This document shows positions 21,276 through 28,052 of a DNA stretch of 64,000 nucleotides, piece after piece (position 1 is the first letter of the stretch; the number at the start of each line of letters is the position of its first letter). The DNA lies in NCBI GenBank assembly GCA_902560675.1, contig CACEMP010000005.1, positions 8,253 to 72,252 of the forward strand. The letters are read 5' to 3'. The notes under the pieces were generated by a model. The model was not told where the DNA came from, did not search any database, and saw only the letters and a program-made list of their open reading frames with translations. The position numbers were made by a program, and so were the translations under genes. This DNA comes from an uncultured Alphaproteobacteria bacterium. GTDB taxonomy: Bacteria > Pseudomonadota > Alphaproteobacteria > HIMB59 > GCA-002718135.

Positions 21276-21343
21276 GCTAAGCATGAAAAGTAACGCATGA
21301 CTCGATGTGAGCCATGTACTGTGAAATTTATAATGGAGGATTA

Positions 21344-22630
21344 ATGTTAAAAAAATCTTTATATTTCATTAGCATTATTGCTGTCTTTATGCTCTTTAGC
21401 TCATATGCAAGAGCCGAAGTAGATAGTGAAGTGCAATATATTTTAAATACATTCCTATTTCTTGTATCTGGGTTCCTAGTCATGTGGATGGCAGCAGGAT
21501 TTGCAATGCTAGAATCAGGACTTGTGACGTCCAAAAGTGTAGCAACGATTGCTGCAAAAAATATTGGCTTATATTCCATAGCCGGTTTAATGTTCTGGTT
21601 AGTTGGGTACAATATGGCATATGGCATTCCTGCAGGTGGATTTATAGGATCTCCAATTCCATGGAGTGATGGTAGTGCTCTTGATACAGGTTATTCAGAC
21701 GGTTCTGACTGGTTCTTTCAGATGGTATTTTGTGCAACAACCTGTTCAATTGTATCTGGAACACTAGCTGAAAGAATTAAAATTTGGCCATTTTTTATTT
21801 TTTGCGCTTTATTAACCGGTTTCATTTATCCAATCGAAATGGGTTGGCAATGGGGTGGAGGTTATCTAGCGGAAGCAGGTTTCTCAGATTTTGCCGGATC
21901 AACCCTAGTGCATAGTGCAGGAGCAGCAGCAGCGCTTGCTGGTGCAATCTTGTTAGGTCCTAGACTAGGACGCTTTAATGATAGTGGTGAAGCAGCTCCA
22001 ATGGAACCTTTTGCAAATTCATCAATTCCATTAGCAACTTTAGGTGTATTTATCCTATGGCTTGGATGGTTCGGATTTAATGGTGGATCACAATTAGCTA
22101 TGGGTACATTTGATGATGTTACAGCAGTAGCAACAATATATATCAATACTAACTTAGCAGCTGGTGCTGGCGTAATGGCTTGTGCAGTTATTTCTAGATT
22201 AGTAACTGGTAAAACAGATGTAGTAATGATGCTTAATGGAGCATTAGGTGGTCTTGTAGCAATAACTGCAGAACCATTAGCACCTTCTCCTTTATTAGCA
22301 GTAATCATTGGTGCAATTGGTGGATTAATTGTTTTCTATGGAACAAGACTCTTAATATCACTTAAAATTGATGATGTTGTTGGTGCAATTCCTGTACATG
22401 GTTTTGCTGGAATTTTTGGAACATTAGTTGTTCCAATTTCAAACACAGCAGCAAGTTTTGGCGCACAACTTTACGGAATAATAGCAATTAACGTTTTTGT
22501 TTTTGTTGTATCATTTATTATTTGGTACATCATGAAAATGCTTTTTGGTATTAGAATTAGTGAAGAAGCTGAAAAACTTGGTACTGATAAATCTGAAGTG
22601 GGCGTAATGGCTTACAGTATCAGAGACTAA
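21344..22630 (+). CDS. amt: ammonium transporter (Amt family), paralogue 1
   Basis: The track ORF begins at 21314. The ATG at 21344 has a GGAGGA RBS and gives a signal peptide ending 'ARA/EVD', matching paralogue 2. Amt blocks 'AERIKIWPF', 'DFAGSTLVH' and 'WFGFNGGS' are present. Confidence 0.93.
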   Translation: MLKKSLYFISIIAVFMLFSSYARAEVDSEVQYILNTFLFLVSGFLVMWMAAGFAMLESGLVTSKSVATIAAKNIGLYSIAGLMFWLVGYNMAYGIPAGGFIGSPIPWSDGSALDTGYSDGSDWFFQMVFCATTCSIVSGTLAERIKIWPFFIFCALLTGFIYPIEMGWQWGGGYLAEAGFSDFAGSTLVHSAGAAAALAGAILLGPRLGRFNDSGEAAPMEPFANSSIPLATLGVFILWLGWFGFNGGSQLAMGTFDDVTAVATIYINTNLAAGAGVMACAVISRLVTGKTDVVMMLNGALGGLVAITAEPLAPSPLLAVIIGAIGGLIVFYGTRLLISLKIDDVVGAIPVHGFAGIFGTLVVPISNTAASFGAQLYGIIAINVFVFVVSFIIWYIMKMLFGIRISEEAEKLGTDKSEVGVMAYSIRD

Positions 22631-22679
22631 TGAATTTAGTGATTAGCACATCAACTCCTTATAGTTGGTCACTAAAAAA

Positions 22680-22701
22680 TGGGAGAGCATTTGCTCTCCC
22701 A
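22680..22701 (+). terminator. GC-rich hairpin 3' of amt-1 (atypical terminator: A-tract upstream, no U-tract downstream)
   Basis: AAAAAA-TGGGAGAGCA-TT-TGCTCTCCCA. The arms are perfectly complementary over 10 nt, with about 8-9 bp usable. Confidence 0.4.
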
Positions 22702-22717
22702 AATTTACCAAACTTCA

Positions 22718-23104
22718 ATGAGAGTCTTAATGACTGAAGCAGAAATAATTAAAGAGAAAAAAAGAAACATATATTCTAGTTTTTTTTCAGAAGATTACGT
22801 ATCTAAATTTTTATTTAAATCAATCTTACACCATGTTATCTCCTTAGAAATATACGAAAATAATAGATTGAACGGAATTTCATTTGAAGCGATTTGTGCA
22901 AACATACCTAAATCAATAGGCTCAAGATCATCCATTCAATCTATTTTGAATGAAGCCTTAGACAAAAATATTTTTGTTAAGCAACAAAGTCAGAAAGATA
23001 AACGAATTAAAAACTATTTTTTAAGCAATAATTTTCTAGATATGATTAATTCTTGGCTAAGAAAAGAAGGTTCATTTTTTAGTAAAATGAGTTTAGAAAA
23101 TTAA
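22718..23104 (+). CDS. small MarR-like winged-helix protein (hypothetical regulator); the longest ORF starts at 22679 but that start lies inside the amt-1 hairpin
   Basis: 'GISFEAICANI..SRSSIQSILNEALDKNIFVKQQSQKDKRIKNYFLS' fits the MarR pattern of HTH recognition helix followed by a 'D.R' wing. The family assignment is not verified. Confidence 0.45.
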   Translation: MRVLMTEAEIIKEKKRNIYSSFFSEDYVSKFLFKSILHHVISLEIYENNRLNGISFEAICANIPKSIGSRSSIQSILNEALDKNIFVKQQSQKDKRIKNYFLSNNFLDMINSWLRKEGSFFSKMSLEN

Positions 23105-23172
23105 TTATATTTATTAATTAAATTTAATACTATTTGTTGATAGTTTCCGAATTATAGTTATAAGAGATATCA

Positions 23173-23223
23173 CGTTCATCATTCTTTTAGAGTGACGGAA
23201 GTAGACGAAAGTCGAAGGAACGC
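23173..23223 (+). promoter_or_regulatory. glutamine riboswitch aptamer (glnA RNA motif), copy 1 in the amt-2 leader
   Basis: CGUUCA-[UCAUUC/GAGUGA hairpin, with U-A replaced by U.G relative to leader 1]-CGGAAGUAG-ACGAAAGU-CGAAGGAACGC. Confidence 0.85.
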
Positions 23224-23240
23224 ATGCAAAGTTATTAAAT

Positions 23241-23291
23241 CGTTCAATTTGTATTTTGCAAATCGGAAGTAGGTATAACCGAAGGAACGCG
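23241..23291 (+). promoter_or_regulatory. glutamine riboswitch aptamer (glnA RNA motif), copy 2 in the amt-2 leader
   Basis: CGUUCA-[AUUUGU/GCAAAU hairpin]-CGGAAGUAG-GUAUAAC-CGAAGGAACGCG. A C-G pair in leader 1 is U-A here, which is a compensatory change. Confidence 0.85.
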
Positions 23292-23304
23292 GATATTATT
23301 AATT

Positions 23305-23314
23305 AATTTCCATA
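23305..23314 (+). promoter_or_regulatory. candidate anti-Shine-Dalgarno box of the amt-2 leader
   Basis: The same AAUUUCCAUA box. It can pair with UAUGGAG at 23368-23374, the RBS of the ATG at 23382. Confidence 0.35.
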
Positions 23315-23381
23315 GCTACGCATGATCTAACTCATAACTTAAGGTTAGTTATGTGTTTATAATTTTATATGGAGTTAAATA

Positions 23382-24668
23382 ATGTATAAAAAATTTTTTA
23401 GTCTTTTTACAGTATTCTCTTTTATTTTGCTGCTAAGCTCATCTGTGAGAGCAGAGGTTGATGCAGAAGTAGCATATATATTTAATACATTTTCTTTTTT
23501 AGTTTGTGGTTTTTTAGTCATGTGGATGGCTGCTGGTTTTCTTTTTTTAGAATCCGGTCTTGTAACAACCAGAAGTGTATCAACTATTGCTGCTAAAAAT
23601 ATAGGAAAGTTTGCAATAGTTTCAATTGTTTTCTATTTAATTGGATATAACCTTGGATATTCTGTTCCTGAAGGAGGCTATTTTGGTACACCATCAATAT
23701 GGACTGATAAAACATCTATGGAAACAGGTTACTCAGATGCTTCAGACTGGTTTTTTCAAGCCTTATTTGTTTGTGCTACTGTGTCTATTGTATCAGGTGC
23801 TGTAGCAGAGCGAATAAAAATTTGGCCTTTTTTTACTTTTGCAGCAGTTCTTGGAGGAGTGATTTATCCAATTCAAATGGGTTGGGAATGGGGCGGAGGA
23901 TGGTTAGACGCCCTAGGATTTGCAGATTTTGCTGGCTCAACATTAGTTCACGCTTGTGGAGGATCTGCTGCTTTAGCTGGAGTAATTCTTTTAGGTCCAA
24001 GACTTGGAAGATTTAGTGCAAGTGGCGAACCAGCCAATATGGCTCCATTTGCTCCATCATCAATTCCATTAGTTACTTTAGGAACATTCATTTTATGGAT
24101 GGGCTGGTATGGTTTTAATGGTGGATCACAACTTGCATTAGGCTCTTATGAAGATGCAACTGCAATGTCAAAAATTTTCATGAATACCCAACTCGCAGCT
24201 TGTGGTGGATGTATGGCTGGTGCTGCAATAACAAGATTGATCGGTGGAAAAACTGATATTGTAATGATGCTCAATGGAGCGCTCGCAGGTTTAGTCTCTA
24301 TAACAGCAGAACCATTAATGCCGAGTCCATTATTAGCTATTGGAATTGGATTTGTTGGAGGAATCATTATGTATTATGGAACTAACTTTTTAAATTCATT
24401 AAAGTTAGATGATGTTGTTGGCGCAATCCCTGTACATATGTTTGCAGGAATTTGGGGTACATTAATTGTTCCTTTAACTAATCCAGATGCATCATTCTCA
24501 ATCCAATTACTTGGTGTTGCATCAGTTTGTATATTCGTTTTTGTTTTATCATATATTGCTATATATTTAATAAAAATGATTATGGGGTTAAGAATCAGTG
24601 AGGAAGCTGAAAAACTTGGTACTGATAAGGCTGAGGTTGGAGTAGTAGCTTATTCAATTAGAGATTAA
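23382..24668 (+). CDS. amt: ammonium transporter (Amt family), paralogue 2
   Basis: 428 aa with signal peptide '...VRA/EVD', colinear with paralogue 1. By eye roughly two-thirds of residues are identical. Confidence 0.93.
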   Translation: MYKKFFSLFTVFSFILLLSSSVRAEVDAEVAYIFNTFSFLVCGFLVMWMAAGFLFLESGLVTTRSVSTIAAKNIGKFAIVSIVFYLIGYNLGYSVPEGGYFGTPSIWTDKTSMETGYSDASDWFFQALFVCATVSIVSGAVAERIKIWPFFTFAAVLGGVIYPIQMGWEWGGGWLDALGFADFAGSTLVHACGGSAALAGVILLGPRLGRFSASGEPANMAPFAPSSIPLVTLGTFILWMGWYGFNGGSQLALGSYEDATAMSKIFMNTQLAACGGCMAGAAITRLIGGKTDIVMMLNGALAGLVSITAEPLMPSPLLAIGIGFVGGIIMYYGTNFLNSLKLDDVVGAIPVHMFAGIWGTLIVPLTNPDASFSIQLLGVASVCIFVFVLSYIAIYLIKMIMGLRISEEAEKLGTDKAEVGVVAYSIRD

Positions 24669-24680
24669 CACTTTAAAAAA

Positions 24681-24708
24681 TTAAGAGAGGTAATTTTACC
24701 TCTCTTAA
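24681..24708 (+). terminator. hairpin 3' of amt-2 (A-tract upstream; would read as a canonical terminator on the minus strand)
   Basis: AAAAAA-TTAAGAGAGGTA-ATTT-TACCTCTCTTAA, a 12-bp perfect stem. Confidence 0.45.
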
Positions 24709-24725
24709 AATAAAGGAGATAAAAT

Positions 24726-24917
24726 ATGAAAACAATATTTGTTATTAGTGGAAAGAAAAATGTATTAAAATATGAAAGAAAAATGCCTGAAAAAGAAGTT
24801 ATAAAAATGAAATCATTTGTTACAAATAAAGGAGAAAAATTAATCAAAACCTCAAAGTTTAAAATAAAAAAAATAATTGAAAAAGATCAGGAAAGAATTT
24901 TTGAAGTTACAATGTGA
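24726..24917 (+). CDS. small lysine-rich hypothetical protein (63 aa)
   Basis: A strong RBS AAAGGAG lies 7 nt upstream of the ATG. The ORF fills the whole gap and abuts the yqgE stop. I recognise no family. Confidence 0.4.
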   Translation: MKTIFVISGKKNVLKYERKMPEKEVIKMKSFVTNKGEKLIKTSKFKIKKIIEKDQERIFEVTM

Positions 24918-25469
24918 TCAGCAATTTCCTGAGTTAAAAGAAAGTTTACTAGGATCTATTCCAAGCAACCCATAGGCTTCTTTCCATTTATTACTAACAC
25001 TTTCATCAAATATAAAATTTGTATCTGTTTCAAGAATCATCCAACTATTTGATGCTAATTCTAACTCGATCTGCCCAGGACCCCATCCTGCATATCCTAA
25101 TGCAAGTATACTGTTCTTTGGTCCATTACCTTTGGATAAATCTTCAAAAAACTCTGATGTGCTCGTAAGTGCAATGCCTTTTGATATTGTTAAGGTTTCT
25201 TTTTGTATAACTTCATCTGAATGAAGAACAAAACCTCTACCACTTTCTACAGGACCACCATATCTTATATATAGTTTTTTATTTAATAAGGGTTTGTCTA
25301 TTCCCAACTGTTCAAGCAAATCTGGATACAAATCATAATCAATTTTTTTATTAATGATTATGCCCATTGCCCCATCTTTAGAGTGGGCACACATATATAT
25401 TACAGTTTTTTCAAACCTATCATCTTCAAGAGAGGGCATTGAAATTAAGAACTGTCCAGTTAAATTCAT
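24918..25469 (-). CDS. yqgE: YqgE/AlgH family protein (UPF0301)
   Basis: 183 aa with 'LTGQFLISMPSLEDDRFEKTVIYMCAHSKDGAMGIIINK' and 'GYAGWGPGQIELE'. Confidence 0.88.
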   Translation of the reverse strand: MNLTGQFLISMPSLEDDRFEKTVIYMCAHSKDGAMGIIINKKIDYDLYPDLLEQLGIDKPLLNKKLYIRYGGPVESGRGFVLHSDEVIQKETLTISKGIALTSTSEFFEDLSKGNGPKNSILALGYAGWGPGQIELELASNSWMILETDTNFIFDESVSNKWKEAYGLLGIDPSKLSFNSGNC

Positions 25470-25524
25470 ATAATGTATATATTCGTTTTATTTTAAATAA
25501 TTCAATATTTAACAAATTTTTTTT

Positions 25525-27576
25525 ATGAAAAAAGCATTTAATTTATCAAAAATACTACTTGTTTCATTAATAGCCTTATTTTTACTAGTAGTTACCACAC
25601 CAGTTCTGTCTTTATCAAGTGACTGGGTAATTAATGATAAATCGAAAGTTAGATTAATATCGCCAAAAACTACGATAGATAATATGAAACAAATTGTTAT
25701 TGGATTAGAATATCAACTTGAGCCTCAATGGAAAACTTATTGGAAATCTCCTGGTGGAGGAGGTTTTCCTCAATCAATATTATGGAATGAATCTGATAAT
25801 GTTGAAGATATAAAAATTGATTGGCCAACACCTAAAGAGTTTGAAATTCTTGGACTTACCTCGTTAGGTTACGAAGAAAAAGTAATTTTTCCACTCAATG
25901 TAAAATTAAAAAATAAAAATAAAGTAGCTAATATAAATTTGAATATTAATTTTCTTGTATGCAAACACATTTGTATACCAGGTAATGCAAATTTATTTTT
26001 AGAAATCAAGCCTGGTAAGGGCAAATATACAGAATTTTACTACGAAATTGAAAAAAGTAAATCTAGTCTTGCTATAGAAAATATAAACATTAGTCCAATA
26101 GAAAAATTAGATATCTCGGTAGTTAAAAATTTAGAAGAAACAGAAATACAAATCATCGCTGAGTCTTTAAAAAATTTTCAAAATACAAATATTTTTTTAC
26201 ATACACCTTTTGGTTTACCTGTTTTAAGTCCAATTAATATTTATTCTATTGATCAAAAAAAAATTAACTCAAGCTTTAAATTTAAATCTGATCAATTTTC
26301 AAAAAAAATTTTTCCAATTGAAGTAATTATATTTGACAAAAACCATAATTTTAAATTTGTTAAAAGTATTTTCATTAATGACAGATTTTCTCAAACCAAC
26401 TACTCAATATTTTATATTCTACTTATATCAATCTTAGGTGGTTTTATATTAAATTTAATGCCATGTGTTTTCCCAGTCTTATCTATTAAGTTACTATCTG
26501 TTTTAAATAATAAAGCTTCAAATATAAGACTAAGTTTTTTATATACTGCTTTTGGAATTATTACATCTTTCTTAATATTAGCTGTCTTTTTTGTATCACT
26601 TAAACAAGTAGGAGTATCAATTGCGTGGGGCATGCAATTTCAAGAACCTTATTTTCTAATTTTTATGTTATTTGTATTAACTATTTTTTGTTTAAATACT
26701 TTAGGTCTTTTTGATATTCAATTACCTAAATTTTTAAATAACAATAATCTTTTAAATTTTGGTGAAGGTGTTTTTACTAAAAGTTTTTTTAATGGTTTTT
26801 TTGCAACATTATTAGCAACACCTTGTACAGCACCTTTTGTTGGCTCTGCAGTTACTATAGCTTTTACACAAACCTCAATATTATTTTTTATAATTTTTTT
26901 ATTTCTGGGTATCGGAATGAGTATACCTTATATATTAGTTTCAATAATACCAAACTCAATTTCTCTTTTACCTAAAACTGGAAAATGGGTATTATATGTG
27001 AAATATTTTTTATCTATTTTGCTAGCTGCAACTATAGCTTGGATCTTAAGTATTTTAAATAATTTTTATAATGAGTTTTTTATTATTATATTCATATTCA
27101 TCGTCTTTGTCTTAATAATATCTTATCGCTATAGTTTTTACAAATTTACTTCATCAATATTTGCTCTTTTTGTTTTACTTTCAATTCCATTTATAAACTT
27201 TTTTGAACAGAAAGATAAAATAAGATATTTTGAAGACTGGGAAGATTTTAATGTTATTAATATTGAAAGTTTGATAAAAAACAACGAAATTTTGTTTGTA
27301 GATGTAACTGCAGATTGGTGTGCAACATGCCAATTTAACAAACTAAATGTTTTAGATAAAGAAAATATAATTAAATTATTTAAAGATAACAATGTTAAAT
27401 TAATTAGGGCTGATTGGACAAAGCCTGACATAAATATAGATAACTTTTTAAAAAAATTTGATAAATTTGGAATTCCATTCAATGTTTTCTTTTCAAAAAA
27501 ATATCCAGAAGGTATTATAATGTCTGAAATATTGACAGAAAAACAAATTAAAAAATCAATTGAAAACTTAAAATGA
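25525..27576 (+). CDS. DsbD/ScsB-type thiol:disulfide reductase (N-terminal periplasmic domain + CcdA-like membrane core + C-terminal thioredoxin)
   Basis: 683 aa with a signal peptide, 'VCKHICIPG', membrane cysteines 'MPCVFPV' and 'TPCTAPF', and a C-terminal 'WCATCQ' thioredoxin motif. Confidence 0.85.
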   Translation: MKKAFNLSKILLVSLIALFLLVVTTPVLSLSSDWVINDKSKVRLISPKTTIDNMKQIVIGLEYQLEPQWKTYWKSPGGGGFPQSILWNESDNVEDIKIDWPTPKEFEILGLTSLGYEEKVIFPLNVKLKNKNKVANINLNINFLVCKHICIPGNANLFLEIKPGKGKYTEFYYEIEKSKSSLAIENINISPIEKLDISVVKNLEETEIQIIAESLKNFQNTNIFLHTPFGLPVLSPINIYSIDQKKINSSFKFKSDQFSKKIFPIEVIIFDKNHNFKFVKSIFINDRFSQTNYSIFYILLISILGGFILNLMPCVFPVLSIKLLSVLNNKASNIRLSFLYTAFGIITSFLILAVFFVSLKQVGVSIAWGMQFQEPYFLIFMLFVLTIFCLNTLGLFDIQLPKFLNNNNLLNFGEGVFTKSFFNGFFATLLATPCTAPFVGSAVTIAFTQTSILFFIIFLFLGIGMSIPYILVSIIPNSISLLPKTGKWVLYVKYFLSILLAATIAWILSILNNFYNEFFIIIFIFIVFVLIISYRYSFYKFTSSIFALFVLLSIPFINFFEQKDKIRYFEDWEDFNVINIESLIKNNEILFVDVTADWCATCQFNKLNVLDKENIIKLFKDNNVKLIRADWTKPDINIDNFLKKFDKFGIPFNVFFSKKYPEGIIMSEILTEKQIKKSIENLK

Positions 27577-28043
27577 CATCATATGTTCCAGACATTAAAG
27601 TTCCAATTATAAAAAAAGGTATTTCAGAAATACATTCTTTATATAATGAATTTAAAAACAAGAAAATTGTATTATTTGGAATTCCTGGTGCTTTTACACC
27701 AACTTGTTCTGAAGAGCATTTCCCAGAATACGTAAAACTATATGATAAGATAATCTCAAAAGGTATTGATGACATATATTGTATCTCAGTAAATGATAGA
27801 TATGTCATGAAATCTTGGTTGATTAGCTATTCTGATGATCATAATATTATAGGTATTGCAGATGGAAATTCTGATATAACAAAACATTTTAATTTAATTG
27901 CTGATAAGACAAAAAATTATATGGGATTTAGAAGCGCCCGATTTTCTATGATAATATCAGATAATATGCTCGTAAAATTAAATATTGAAGAAACTAGTGA
28001 GCTCAAAGTGAGTACTGCAGAAAACATATTAAATTATTTGTAA
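27573..28043 (+). CDS. Prx5-type peroxiredoxin
   Basis: 156 aa with 'PGAFTPTCS'. An ATGA overlap joins it to the DsbD-like gene. Confidence 0.88.
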   Translation: MTSYVPDIKVPIIKKGISEIHSLYNEFKNKKIVLFGIPGAFTPTCSEEHFPEYVKLYDKIISKGIDDIYCISVNDRYVMKSWLISYSDDHNIIGIADGNSDITKHFNLIADKTKNYMGFRSARFSMIISDNMLVKLNIEETSELKVSTAENILNYL

Positions 28044-28052
28044 TTTATTAAG

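Noticed and set aside
21314-21343. N-terminal extension 'MYCEIYNGGL' of amt paralogue 1 in the ORF track
   Set aside because: The ATG at 21344 has a GGAGGA RBS and gives a signal peptide colinear with paralogue 2. The extension would translate through the RBS and has no counterpart in the paralogue.
21862-22308. 148-aa antisense ORF inside amt-1, with similar ones at 21328-21627 and 24146-24367
   Set aside because: These are shadow ORFs on the opposite strand of Gly/Ala-rich, locally GC-richer membrane-protein coding sequence. They lie entirely within a strongly supported gene and have low-complexity Ala/Pro/Ser products.
22679-22717. ATG at 22679 as the start of the 141-aa ORF between the amt genes
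   Set aside because: The first 8 codons coincide exactly with the perfect GC-rich hairpin 3' of amt-1, so this is more likely RNA structure than coding. The start was moved tentatively to an internal ATG (22718 or 22730). Neither has a clear RBS.
21131-24668. The duplicated amt region as a recent tandem duplication or mobile repeat
   Set aside because: The coding sequences are substantially diverged at both protein and DNA level. Only the structured leader is highly similar, and there are no flanking repeats or mobility genes. This is an old paralogy with constrained RNA, not a repeat element.
27138-27808. Antisense ORFs 27138-27482 and 27548-27808
   Set aside because: They lie opposite the DsbD-like and peroxiredoxin genes. 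Their AT-rich Lys/Ile/Phe/Ser products are typical of chance ORFs.
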